A stretch of 55,375 nt of DNA from Girardia tigrina (GCA_001938485.1 MQRK01203673.1:16107-71481); one strand, 5' to 3'; shown: positions 38,511 through 52,037, counted from the first letter of the stretch. Notes: generated from the letters alone by a model not told the origin. Translations and numbers: made by a program.

Positions 38511-39859
38511 CAGTTACAACTATAAACGTTATATTTCTCTGTTTTTCTTTGATATTTACAAGATATCCACTGATATCTTGCCAATACATTCTAGTGGACT
38601 GTTATTTGCACATTATAATTTAATATCCGCTGTTTCCAATTTCACATCCTTTAGTTTGTCAAAAATCTTCTTGCTCATCACGTGCACTCTAGCCCTAGTG
38701 TCTAATAGGCAGTCCTGCTTGATATGTTGTATCTTTACCTTTACAATTGGTGTACTTTGCATTTTGTTGTATACGATATTTTCTGCTCTCCATTCTTCAA
38801 TGGTTAAAATCCTGATTTCTTTCTTAGTATTTTTTTCTTCCACTGGTTTGAATAAACATTTTTCACAATTATCTCCGTATACATATTTTTTTTATAAAAT
38901 TCCGAACTTTATCGTTCACATTCATTTCTACTTCTTTAATGTTTTCTGTTTCGTCTCTCATTACGTCTATAATATCTGTTATACTACTTTTACTATGAGT
39001 ACTGATATTATGGGAGTCCTTAATTGACTGACTCCACTTCTGTCGATGCTTTGCCTTTTAGGTGTTCTTCCTCCATTACCAATTCTTCATCAATGTTCGC
39101 TAAAAATCATCTATTGTCTTCTCTATATCTATATTGTCGTTGATTGTAGCCCCTTTCTTCATAATTGTTATTCGATGATCTTTGTTGGTTTCTTCTCCAG
39201 TTTAATGTGGTGTAATATTCGTTTTCCCGATGACCTCTTTATGGCACCGTGTACATTTGATATTCCGACAGTTTCTTCTTTCATGTCCCTGGTGTCCACA
39301 ACCATAACATTTGATTTGTATCCTTTCTGTACAGTTTTTTAATATACTCCTCCATTCCACATCCGAAGCATTTCCTAGTTTCGCGTTGTCTATTTGTTAC
39401 GTTCATGTATTGGTTTCTCTCCCCGTTTCGATTATTAGAATAACTGTTGTTTTCTGTATCCCGAATCTTGTTTGTTTCGGTACAAATCTATTGTTATTTT
39501 GAGTCACAGCCTCCTTGTAGCTTCTGAGTCTGTTCTGTGTCTCATTATCTCTCACTAAATTTATCTGATCCTCTATATTTTTAATCTCGTGTATCATCTT
39601 GATCTTTTCTTTTATTTGTTCTACTCTTTTTACATTATTCACCCGCACTTCTTTCTTGATATCCCTGTCATTACACCAGTTCAATAATAATGTTTTTCTT
39701 TTGCTTTCTTTTGACATGTTATGTTGTATAATTCTTTGAAAATGAAAATTTGTTAAAATAACAAATTTAACCTGTTGTAGGTTTGAACAAGTTTTGCAAA
39801 TCTTAATTTCTTTTTGATTTATAATGGAAGTTAATTCCAAACCTATCAATTACAACACG

Positions 39860-40800
39860 TTTTGAAGTCGGACCCACTGATTTACGGTAACAAAGATGCT
39901 TATTATGATGATATTATTGTAGATACTTCGAAGGCAACCATAGAGAGATTAATGACAATGCTCGAGAGTTTCGGACTGGAGGCAAAATAAATGGTGACCG
40001 AGTGCTGGGACTGTCGGTATCAACGTCATTCGATGGAACTCTTCTATGGAAACGAGACGGAACCATTCCAGAGCTGACGAATTGGTTAACCCGTCGTGGT
40101 CTGTTCACGTAGACAGGCCGCCTTGTGGGTCACTATCCCGTGTGTGGTTGTTGGTTACGATCAGCATGCGGCATTTTGAAGTGAACGGCCGGTGGAGTGG
40201 TGATTTCTCTCTATAATTGATTGCGGTCCAGGACGTTTCACATTATGGTAGTGAATTGGTTCAGAAGGAGATACAGATGTCTGCGCTGCCATATCTAGTA
40301 TTTTTTTAATTTGGACTACGGTAACAGGGACAAATTTACCGCAACAAATGGAAGTCGAAGGGATGCCTAGTCACATCAGTCATGTGCATAGGGTACTGCC
40401 AGAGGATAAAACTCCGGAGGACGACGAGATCAACGTCAGAAGAGACAGTAATAATAATAATAATAACGTGAGTTTTCTAGACGCAGGCAGCAGCAAACTC
40501 GAGAGAGCGGAACATGAAGAATCAGGCGGTGAATCAACATCAGACAGTTAACCTCACAAGACGATCCGCATACCGGTGTGTTACGAAGACTACAATTGCA
40601 CAGGCGTGGCTGCAGTGGTCGGTTCCAGTACTTCCAGTTGTTCGGACTGTCTCTGTCTTTGTGTCTTAAAGATAGGGGGCCTGTAATATAGCGTTTTAAT
40701 TCATTTGTTTAAATTGTTGTATTCCGGAAATTAGAGTTTATTTAAAAATAAATATTTGTGAAGCTTCGTTATCTCTTTTTGTTTTAGATTTAACGCCACA
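39860..40800 (+). mobile_element. Gypsy element C, 3' remnant with 119-bp LTR
   Basis: Integrase-like DTSKATIERLMTMLESFG. PPT agataggggg at ~40669-40679, then tgtaatatag...cgccaca (40682-40800). Confidence 0.65.
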
Positions 40801-40897
40801 AATAATTCACATACTTCAAAAATTTTCTTGTTAATTCAATTATTTAGCCAAAAATTAATCTATTAAATTTTTCTTCTGATTCCATTTTTCAAAATTT

Positions 40898-41129
40898 AAT
40901 AAATTTTAAAATGTTAAATTAGTAAAATAATTTTTACATTAAAACTAAAAATTTTTAAAAAAAATTATAGTAAAAATAATTATTTTAATTTTAAAATATT
41001 TAATAACCATATTAATAAATTTTAAAACTTTAAATTAATAAAATAATATTTACATTAAAACTAAATTTTTTTACAAAATTTTATCCTGAAACTAATTATT
41101 TTAATTTTAAAATATTTAATAACCATATT
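40898..41129. repeat. Tandem ~115-bp duplication within the Gypsy-B 5' LTR
   Basis: aataaattttaaaa...tacattaaaactaaa...tattttaattttaaaatatttaataaccatatt occurs twice. Confidence 0.8.
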
Positions 41130-41327
41130 AAAATAAATATATTTTTTATTTTTAAATAAGTATTTAGATTTAATGATTTTATTTGTTTTTTTATTTTAAA
41201 CTTTTGTATATATTTACTTTTTTTAACTTTCAAATTAAAAAAGTAATAAATTATTTTGGTGAAATGCAAATTTAAATTAACCCCTCATATAAATAATTAC
41301 AAATGTTTTAAAATTAAAAAGATATTA

Positions 41328-42277
41328 CGAGGGGTTTCCCAAAAGTTCACGGACTGATAAGTAACAACAAATTCAAAAAAGTTTATTCCAGTTAACAAAA
41401 TTGAATCGCTATCGAACTTTTCAATATAATCAACATTCAGTTTCGCACACTTTTCCCATCTCTGTGTCAACTTCCTAATACCATTATCGAAGAAAATACG
41501 CGGTGTCTCCGCAATCCAAAGCGGGTCTGTCACTTGGGCGGCACCATTGACGGGACTGCTCCTTGGTTTCAGGAAGATAAAACAGGAGCCACGTTTCGTC
41601 CACTGTCACAATTCGTGACCAGAACGCCTCACCGAAATCATGAACCAGTTGCAGCAGTTCTTGACAAGCAGACTTTCGATTAGCCTTCTGGTCGTTGTTG
41701 AGGAGGCGTGGCACCCACCTGGCAGTCAGTTTCCTCATATGCAGCTCCTCTGACATGATGCGGTGCACCTGACTTTTAGAAACACCTGTAATAGCTACTA
41801 TCTCACGGATAGTGAGACATCTGTCACCAAGAATGACTTCCTCGATAACTTTCACATTTTCTTGACATCCGGACGTTGTTGGTCGCCCACCGCGTTCATC
41901 AATCTCCAATGATTGATGCCCTGCCTGGAATCGTTGCACCCACTGAAAGACAGTCGTTCTTCCCATAGCAGCATCAACAAAGACGCGGTGTAAACGGTGC
42001 ACAATATCTGCAGTGGGGGTGTCTTCCTTCCAGAGGAAATAGATGATTGCTCGTTGAGATTTCACTGCCTCTTCCATACTAACTACAAGAGAGAAAAATT
42101 ACAAATAAATACATTTGTATGTCACACACATGCCAACGGGCAGCCAATGAAGGTCACCTCAATTACAATTGGTTGGTTCCCCCCTCATGTCATCGTACAC
42201 ACACCGCGCGTTACAGTCAATCACACATGTGACCACGCCATATTCTCTCAGTCCGTGAACTTTTGGGACACCCATCG
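41328..42277 (-). mobile_element. Internally deleted mariner (950 bp)
   Basis: TA TSDs; ~30-bp TIRs cgaggggtttcccaaaagttcacggactga / tcagtccgtgaacttttgggacacccatcg. ORF has HTH, WVPRLL and TVDETW; C-terminus GIRKLTQRWEKC...DYIEK lies in another frame. Second and third catalytic Asp are deleted. Confidence 0.95.
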
Positions 42278-42289
42278 TATAAAGAAAAA

Positions 42290-42613
42290 CATAAAAAATT
42301 AAAAATGATTACAGTTATAACAATTGATATATTTTAATAAAAGTTTTGAAATAAAAATTTTAAAATAAATAATAACGGATTAAATTTTTTAATATTTCAA
42401 GAAACAATTTTTTAAATAAAAGGCTCACTGTAAATTTAAATTAGTTTTAGGATAAAATTTAAAAAAAATTTTTAGTTTTAATTTAAAAATTATTTTATTA
42501 ATTCAAAGTTTTAAAGTCTATTAAATTTTACAAATTGAAGGAGAAGAAAAATTAAATAGATTGATTTTGCCGAAATAATTGAATTAACATGAAATTTGTG
42601 AATTATTGTCACA
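42290..42613 (+). repeat. Inverted diverged copy of the Gypsy-B-type LTR
   Basis: 42440-42610 is the reverse complement of ~40801-41090; ends ...gtgaattattgtcaca. Left boundary approximate. Confidence 0.62.
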
Positions 42614-43301
42614 TTAATAAAATTTTTGGTGTTAAATTATGAATATTGATTCTAGTGATAATGAAAGTTGTATCAACGCTATTTACAGGTATTTTTCTCA
42701 ATTGTTCTCTAAATATTTCAAAAATATTTTCATTTCACAATCCATCCTTTTATTATTACCTAAATAATTCACTACTAACTTTATAAAATATTCTGTTTTA
42801 TCATTTGGTAAATTCAATTCAATAATTTCTTTAATATTTTTACTTATTTTTCCCGTTAAATCTTTATTCATTTCCATTTCATTGGATTTCCTCTATTCAT
42901 ATATATTCTCGATTTGTCTAACTAATCATCAATCTTATCAGAAACACTTTGAACTTTATTTTCAACCTTACCAATTTTTCATTTCGTTTCGATTTATTTT
43001 TGCTTTTGTCTTTTGATGTTGATAGCATCTGTACACTTGGATCCGTTTTATTAAATCTTGCGGACATTCTGTCAAATTTTGTTCTTAATTCATTAAAATC
43101 CATTTTCATAGAATCATTTGAACCTTCTTCATCGGACGGCAAACAACTTATATCGGTTTGATTATCTTTAAATTTAATTTTCTTCTTCAAAATTGATGGT
43201 GATGGTATTTGCATATATGTATAAAATTATTTGTGTAAATTTATAAATTTTTAAACTCGTTCGCTCTTGCAAATTCAACGATAAAGTCTTCATATAAAAT
43301 A

Positions 43302-44040
43302 CAGGGGTGGCCATAAGTCGCTTTACCCAGTTTTAATAATAATAAATACAAAATTCTAAATGATTTATAAACAAAAACCAGATAAAATTTTTTGTTTTAA
43401 TAATTATTTATTTAAAAATTATTTCATTTTGTTCATTGTTGTTGGCAATATTGGCATGGCACGACAATTAACATTTCAGCAACGAATTTGATGTAATTTC
43501 TTTGATGGAACGGTCAATTCTCAGCTATATCTCGACATGCTGCGTGATTTTGCCGTATCTCAGCTTGACACAGATAACAACGTTTGGATGCAAGACGGTG
43601 CTCACCCTCATTATGGTAGAAATGTACGCGACTTTTTGGATAACACTTTTGAGATGTGGATCGGCAGGAGAGGAAGCACTGAATGGCCTCCACGATCACC
43701 GGACCTGACACCTTGTGATTATTCAATGTGGGGTATCCTGAAGGAACGCGTTTACTCGCAAAATGTTCTAACCATATCCAAGTTGAAGGAAAGAATTACT
43801 ACAGAATTTGCAGCCTTGAACAACCATAAAGACTTGTGCCGACGAATCTGTCTCTCTGTTCAGAGAAGAATCCAGTTGTGTATTAAATCTGAAGAACAAC
43901 ACTTTGAAGATAAGATTTAATTGTTTTCAAGTTTTTGTTTTGAAATTATTATTGTACGCTGATTAAATAAAAGTTGTATCATTTAGAATTTTGTGTTTAT
44001 TATTATTAAAACTTGGTAAAGCGACTTATGGCCACCCCTA
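43302..44040 (+). mobile_element. Internally deleted rosa/DD41D-like Tc1/mariner element (739 bp)
   Basis: TA flanks; TIRs >60 bp starting caggggtggccataagtcgctttacc; QDGAHPH...WIGRRG..WPPRSPDLTPCDY. Confidence 0.92.
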
Positions 44041-45105
44041 TATATCTCCTCGAGTTAATGCTTGGCCAACGAAGGTGCACACAGGTTCATACAAATTCAA
44101 CAAGGTTGTAATAATCCAGTATAAATTGCATATCCAAAACACAATTGATGCATGTGCCGTTTAAACCGTTAAGAGAGGCAACGCAACTTTGCAAACTTGG
44201 AGCTGGATGATTGGCAGTCAACAAACCGACACCAGAAAAGAGTTCGCACTGTGACATCAAATTCAGAGGACCTGTGATCGGATTCACTTTCGGAGACTAA
44301 ATCCTCAAATCATTTGCTGTGAAGGAAGTCGAAATAATGTCTGGAGATCTTCTAAAGGGTGTAACACCGAGATATTTATCATGAATGGTTTTAAAAAAAT
44401 ATTCATAACACGAATTGAATCAAAATTGTTATTTTTTTTAAAAAAAATTTAAGATCATTGACGACTTACACAATCAAATTAAATTTCGCAAAACTTTTTT
44501 TATTAACATTAATCGATTTAAAAAAATCGACACATCTAACAAAAAACACTACCGTTCGAAATCCAAATAACAATTTTTACACACATAACAGTTTGAACGA
44601 ATGATATTGGTGTTAGGTCTGATCCGATCAGAAAAAAATTAATAATCAATAAAATCGTTAATCAACACCATAGCAAGGGATCAAGGTTACCATGGTAATG
44701 GAAAATGTATATTACAAATAATATTTTTGAATACACACTTATCCTTCAGCACCTGAGGTTATATTCTTTTTCGCAACAACTCTTCCATGATCACGTAATT
44801 ACTTCGCCCCTGAAACCTTTCTACCGCTTCTATCACCCTCATTTCGAAAACTAAAACATTTCATTTTCTTTCTGGTCTTCATTACTTAACGCTTCAATTT
44901 ATTTTTTAACTGAGCTCTTCTTGGCAAATGTCTTCGTAAACCACTGCTTGACCTCCTCATTGGACAGCGCTTTCCTATCTGCTTTGAAATCTTTCCGCAG
45001 AGTATTCTAATTTTCTTGTTGATGGTATCAGTCAATGTTTTAGAAAAGTATAATTTGGGCACGGATTGAATGATTTTACTCCGTTTTGTGAGTGATTTTC
45101 TTGCT

Positions 45106-45772
45106 TAGCGTGGTCGCAAATTTAAATATTCGAATCCATTGAAATTAAAAGTTGAATAATAATTCAAATGTATTATTTATAACACAATCATCTAATTTAA
45201 AAAAAACAATTGTAATCATATTCATACAATTAATATTCACATAACTAATGCCATCATCAAAGCCCCTGTATAAAAGGCGATAATTATTTCAGTTTTTGTT
45301 GTTTATTGAACCTATTAAGAACATTAATTGAGTTTCCTTTACATTTATTATTATCACAATTTAAATTGTCACTACAACAATTCTCCGTAAAACTTGCGTA
45401 GGTTGTCATCGTTTTTGATTGATAATCTTTAATAATATTCTTTAACGTCTTATTATTCAAACAAATTTAAAATACAATTTAATCATTACAAAAATAATTT
45501 ATACTTTAAATTATAATTTAATTATTACAAAAATTAATTATAAAACAAATTTAAAATAATTTTTGTTTATTTTAAGAAATTATTATTAAAATATTATTTA
45601 TGAAATATTAGTTTAATTTTAAAGTGATTATTTAACTTTTAATAATTGATTAAACAACTCGACGTTTTAAAATATTTAAAATATCAATCTACCATCTGGG
45701 AGGGAGAAACACAATCCTAAAACAACATACCAAACAACACACAATAAACACCATTCAAAAATATTCCTCACA
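45106..45772 (-). mobile_element. LTR (copy 3 of the TGTGAGGAATATT family) with downstream PBS-like motif
   Basis: Minus strand starts tgtgaggaatattt at 45772. gcgaccacgc near 45110 matches the PBS core at 53168. Inner boundary uncertain. Confidence 0.5.
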
Positions 45773-46609
45773 GAACCCACACCAATATTGTGTTTATTAT
45801 TTTTTCAGAGAATGTGTTCTTCAATAATGGCGTTCACAGTAAATGAAGAAAATAAAAAATAATGGAAAAATGGATCTTCACTTAAAGTACATTTCGAAAA
45901 CAAAATGTCTGCTAAAGGTGTTTTAATGCAACTAAATGTTTTATACTTATTTTTTTGTATAAAATAAAATATTATTAAATATGACATCCAACATTGAATT
46001 TTATATTGATGTTTATTAACATTTAATGTTTATTAAGTATTGTTGGAAGAATGTTTCTTTTCTCTGGCTGTCGCTTATTTGTCCAGATATTTTTAGAAGT
46101 GACGTACCTTCTATAATTATACTCTGAAGTTGTATGTATATATACGTTTATACAGTGACTTCTGTTTTTGATTTTACTAATTAAATTTAAAGTCAAAGAA
46201 GATTTATCTTAAATCCGATAATTTGAAAGTGGTACAATAATTTTGAAAGTAAATCTATTATTAATAAAAACTATTTTTTTCAGGAATATTGTATTATTAT
46301 GGATATCGAAAATACTTCCGAGATGCGTAAACTTGTGAAACAATATTCCATTGGCAATGTGCAGGATCGTGCTCTAAATCAAGGAATCGAAAAAAGGAAA
46401 CGCAAACATGAGCCAATTCTTTGCTATGAAGAGGAAATACAAAGGAAAATACTAAAATCTTTACATCCCGAATGAAGAATAATTATTTTATTTACATGAG
46501 ACATTTCGTCATAAAAACAGATTGTTTTCCTAGAAACACTAGCTAGAAGGATCCTGTAAATTGAAAAATTGTTTCTGAATAAATATGAATATCGACTTTG
46601 TTTTCACTA

Positions 46610-47917
46610 CCGTATTATTCCAAGGATTTGATTCCGTCCTTTTGGATCAAAAATTTTGGAAGAAATTGTTTTCATCTGAAATTTGAAGCAAAATTAACAG
46701 AAAGCTCTTATACAATATAGTAATCATTAAACCCAGCATGATTGGTGTCAAGGTTATTGTACGTATCACATTTTCAAATCTAAATGGAACTTCTATTACG
46801 CCATCATCATTACCATCCTGCTGCAAGTGCCATATATTGACATTGATTATACAGCACCTTTTTTAGGATTTGATAACAATCTCTTTTACACCTTTCCAAG
46901 TATTGATGATCGAGTTGCAGACTTCTCTAATTACAGACTTCGTCGTTCTTCCTGTTGGTGTCAGGTCTGTAAGAGTCTGCCTCTTGAACCCACCCATTCA
47001 ATTCCTTTTCCTTGGGCCTTTAAAAGGTTTTTATTTATGCTGGCATCCAGAGGATGAAGTTGGATTGTAAGATCATCATATATAACTACCAGCTTCATAG
47101 TTGAAGCATCTGTCAATTTATTTGTATCATCTTTTAGGTGACTTTAAAGTTATCCAAAACCAAAAGAGTAGGTTTCCTCTGTATTTTTTCGAGCCGCTTG
47201 TTCCATATCTTGTTCATCCAGCCTTTTTCCTGAACATGAGCAATCACTCAAGCTGGCATCTTTTTATTTTACAAGGTTGCTCTTTTAATCTAATTTAATA
47301 TTAAGCTAATTTAGTGCGTGTTCTCATACTCATATCCTCTCTCATCATGACTCTGAAACACCATTTTGGTGTGCCCTTAAAATTTATTGTCACTTCGGTC
47401 TCTTCCTCATTCTGTCACATCTGCTTTGCAATTCTCTTAGCCTGATCAATAATCATCTTTGTTGATAGTACAGATACTCTGGTCAGTCATCGATCTTTTC
47501 CTCCAAACTTGGCCATTTTGTACCTGTCCTCGAGTAGCCCTCTTCGTCCTTGGAATCTTGATAAGCTGCTCTTTTTCTTTCTCCACGGTTAAATAATGCA
47601 GGAAGTTGGAGGATGTCAAAAGGATCGTTCTGTTGTTTTATTTTCGTTTTCTTTTGTGAATTTTACAACTTTTAACTTGAAATTATCAGAATATGCATAT
47701 CTTTTATTGTCAGCCATTTTTTTCAACCAATTTTCATTAAACAAAAATATTCTAATTTTTACAAATAATATCTGTTGATTATTTTATTGATTATTATTAT
47801 GGGATAACGAATATGAAAACCATTTAATTCCCTTTTATTGTAGCGCTATTTTTGAAGATCCTATCATTTTTGGGTCAAATGTTTTGGGGAAAAACGTCTT
47901 ATATGCGGGAAATAGTG
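46610..47917 (-). mobile_element. Decayed pogo (POGK-like) transposon
   Basis: TA|ccgtatt...gggaaatagtg|TA termini. Remnants FKGTPKWCFRVMMREDMSMRTRTK, QLHPLDASINK and LTPTGR. Confidence 0.8.
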
Positions 47918-48356
47918 TATTTTAATTGGGTTATTTAATTAAAACATTTAATACATTAATTGAAATTAAATGGTTGATTCACTAGAAAACAATTAATGAA
48001 CAATCATTTTGAGAATAAATGCGAAATAAGTTAAGTATTTAATGAAGCAACTTGTATCATTAAAATATTTTCTTACATGTATCAGACAAGAACCATTCAA
48101 TCATATAATTATATATTTACCAACAACGTCATTCTAAAAATAAAATGAAAAAAACAATAAAGCTGGTATAAGTGCAGCCATCAGGATTAGTCGTATACCT
48201 TGGTACCCCTGTATATATAAATTATTTTCACCCAAGATATTCAACGTTCAAAACTAGAACATAACGAATCTGATTATTTTTGAGTAAAAATATTTCCGAT
48301 ATCTGGTTTTTCAATAATTTAATTATTTTTATTTGTATTTTTTAAACAATTATATA

Positions 48357-51004
48357 CAGTATAACCTCTAAAATTGGCCAACTTCCCGTTTTAGCCACTT
48401 TTAGAAACAATCTTTTAAAAATCAATAGAAACCCTCTATATTTGGTCAAATTCTGCTTTTGGAAAAAAATAAGATTTTAAATCAGATATTCAAGATCATA
48501 TGGATGACGATGATTTTTTATGATTTGTCACGACCCACTTGTTCGTAGCAATTTTGAGCGCTCAGAGCCCCCAGTGACTATTAAGGGTCAGTCACAACCC
48601 GATTTCAGTTTATATTATTCGTATGCTACTTTTTAATACTCATTGATGCACTATAGTTATTTATGGGTCGGACGCCTCTTCTCCCTCGACATCTGCCTGG
48701 TAGTGCCGAGTTTGAAGGGCCTGCGGGTTCGGTTAAAGATAGGATGGGCTATGGGCCCCCCCACATAGCGGAGTGTCGCTCGGGGATGATTTATATACGG
48801 TATTCAGAGCCGTCATCTGTCTGTCTTATAAAACTTATTGCACTATTATGTATGTGTTTTATTAAACTTGCGGCATTGTTGAGCTGTTTCCGTGGCTTAT
48901 GGCACTGTTATGTTCTGTAAACTTGTGGCAATGTATCATCTCTCGAGCCGCCAATTATCAGTAAAAGAACCTGACATCAGCAATGTAAAAATTATTTCTT
49001 TCGCTGTATATCGACCGGCAGTTTCCTCTAATTCCTTTTACAAATTATTGATGTCCGTTCTATAGCATTTCTATAATTCCTCTTACTATTATACTAAGCG
49101 GCTATATTTAGAGTAATTGTAACTTTTACACTTATCTCAATTCTAATGGACACATTAGGTTGGTCGAACTATATTCATCGGATTAAGTTATCAAAATCTG
49201 AACTATTAGTAATAGAAAACCAATTTGTCGGCAATTGTCATCACAATAAGAAAAATAAAACTATCAAATTCGCGTTTATGTCGATTGTATTCCTATTAGA
49301 TATCAGGTAACACAGTTATTTGGTTCATATAATCACATTTAATCAAATAATAAACATTTTCCCTTGTGTCTAAGTTATTAGTGTGGTATATAAAGATTTT
49401 CATTTAAATTATCACTATTAGCCTCATTACGAAATACAATTTGCTAAATTAAGTTTTAATTCTCAAAGAAAGTGAAATTGAGACATTCCTTTATAACTCT
49501 GTTATTTATTTTCTTTTTATATTCCCTAAAATTCTCGTGTTAGATTATGTTAATCAGCAGCGGAATAATAAAAGTAAATAAAATAAACATAAATAATGTA
49601 AAAAAAATATATTTGTTTAAGTCTACTAAAAATTTCCTTTGCGGCTAGGAGACCGTTTAAATTGTTATCAATATTTTCGGATAAGTTCAATTTTTTGATC
49701 GGCTCTTAAATTGACCGATAGAAGCAATGTCGCGGCTCCATACTAGCGCAAATTGACCTCGCTTGTTCGGCTCTAATGAACGTTTCGAGCGATATCGACC
49801 TCACGTCGATAATTACCGGGGTCGAGTGATCCCCCTCGACGTCCATCGGCTCGTTCGGCGGCAAATTAGTTCGGGGCATCCGAATAAAGGATGGCGGCGG
49901 CGACGACGGGTGTTAGCTACCTCTAAGTGTAAAAGGTAAGAAAATTCTGCAACTCAGTCGACTATGTAATGGTAATAATGATAATCAAAATTTATAAATC
50001 ATTTAAAATATTTATATTTAAATTAATAAACAAAATAGAAAAAAAATGAAATTTCCTTTACATTGATGATTAGCTTTCGGTCCTTTCGTGAAATTGGTTC
50101 CGGAGAAATGCTCGTCACGTTGGTTTAGTCCTCTATAACTCAGAATCGTACGTTCTAAAATGTTTGTTTGTAATTGTTACTGTTGTTTATTTTTCTTATT
50201 GTCTTGTCGATTCTTGTCTCAAAGCTGTTTATTTTATAATGATAGGAGAACACACAGACTCCGGACTCCGCCAATAGCTGGATCGGTCTGGTTTTTTCAG
50301 ATCTTCAATTGGATGGCTGGGTATGTATGTCGTTTAAATTTTTGAAAATTTTAACATTTTTATTNNNNNNNNNNNNNNNNNNNNNNNNNNNNNNNNNNNN
50401 NNNNNCATGTCCTGAATCGGTGTGCGGTCAAGTAAGGACAGTGTTCCTAATTTTAGAATCGAGGGTTGATTCAGCGTAAGTTTTTTAATTAGTCTTTGTT
50501 TTTTAATTAATATTTCTTTGTTTTTTCTCATGGCGTATCTTTTCTCAGGAAGCAGTCACAAATTTGCGGGCGGTCCACAGGGCTCGATCTCGTCGAGACC
50601 TTTCGCTGAAGGGTCGGCTGGCCTTCTAGGTCCACCAGGTTGTCCTGGAGGTGATTTATTTGTTTTTGTCGAAATTTTAATTATTTATTTTATTTCAGGG
50701 CCGTTTATTCTGCCTAGAATGTTCAGGAGGCGCTGGAAGGGTTCCGCGACTTCTCACCCACACGAACATTGACTATCCTACTGCTTTTTATATACAAAAA
50801 TTTTTTTTTGAATATATGTATTTTTGTTAAACTTTATGCGTTTTTGCTGGCATTATATGTTTTGCTAATTTTTGGACCGTAACAGATTACTTATAATGAA
50901 AATGATACATTATTGGAGTATGAAATTAGTTGAAATGAAAATGGAGATGTTAGCAGCTCTGTTTTGGCGTTCCCCATATTTGTCAAAATTTAGAGGTTAT
51001 ACTG
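48357..51004. mobile_element. Tigger/pogo-type MITE split by a solo LTR
   Basis: TA|cagtataacctctaaa ... tttagaggttatactg|TA; about 290 bp remains once 48526-50884 is removed. Confidence 0.8.
48526..50884. mobile_element. Large (~2.36 kb) solo LTR
   Basis: tgtcacg...cgtaaca termini with 4-bp TSD gatt (48522-48525, 50885-50888). No gag/pol recognised. Spans gap N 50365-50405. Confidence 0.72.
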
Positions 51005-52037
51005 TATATTAGAATATTGTAAAACCGTAAAAGTATAATTTTCTTGAATTAATATTATATAAATAGTAGAAAATCCTAAAAAGGCTTATTTCAAATATTT
51101 ATTCTAGGGTTCAACTGTTAATTTTCTATTATTGTGGTATATTAATAATAATTATAATTATTACATTAGTTATTAAATTAGTTATTAAACCAAGGACAAA
51201 ATAACCCTGGAGACAGGAAGAAGAAGTGAGTTGAATTAGAATGGAATTATTTCTATATTATCATTATAAATTTGTTTTACCAGTTCCAAACATCGGCGAT
51301 AGTACTTTAATTATTGTTTTAAAGTTAAGCTCCTAGTAGAAAACATTTTACTTTTATCTTTATATCCGGAATAGTAGTCAGAATGTAGATAGTTTGTGTT
51401 CCTAACCATAATATTATACTAAAAGTGTTTCTGAATTCCAAGATCGGTAACTTTGACTGTGTTTCTTTAAATTCTAATCACAAAATAATTTTCGGAATCA
51501 AATTGTGATGCCCTATGAAAGCCATTTATCGGTCTATATTAATTGTTCCAGATTTTAGGCTCACCTAGACTGCTTGAGATACATATTCCTTCCAGTTACT
51601 TTCAATGTCACTTCTACTTCAACATAATTCATGTTTATCTTTCTTCTAACTTATAGCAGAATCAACTATCAAAGATGGTGAAACGGGTGGCGAGCATGCT
51701 TACATGAAAGATTTTACGAGAAACGATTTCAAAATAATTAAAATAAATTCAATATATAAATTATTTAGAACAACTTAATTTCACGAACAAAACTTTATTT
51801 TCTTAAAATTCTGAGCAGTGACAGCTTATTTTACAAAAAAGGGTACATGTATTTTTGGCTTTATATTTGGTGACGTACTTTTTTAACCGATAATTTTTGT
51901 CGTGTACCTTAAAGTGTTGAATTTTTTAGGCTTTTTTTAAAAAAAAGTTTAGACTAATAATAAATAAATTTGACAAATTATATTTTATTAAAATATTTAA
52001 AATTTATTTTAATAGGTAATATTTCTAAAATATATTA

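Larger units (their letters stand above)
34419..41289 (-). mobile_element. Gypsy element B (host of nested insertions)
   Basis: Matching LTR segments 34419-34586 and ~41120-41289. Gag with zinc knuckle CYGCGHQGH..RNC (~39270-39315), protease LLDTRARV (38613-38843), and integrase core/C-terminus HTDCG...SPYHHNSNGIVER (34684-35181). Its own RT/RNase H is absent. Confidence 0.8.

Noticed and set aside
40790-40800. TGGCG on the - strand as the PBS of Gypsy-B
   Set aside because: Better explained as the CA end of the + strand Gypsy-C LTR that follows a PPT.
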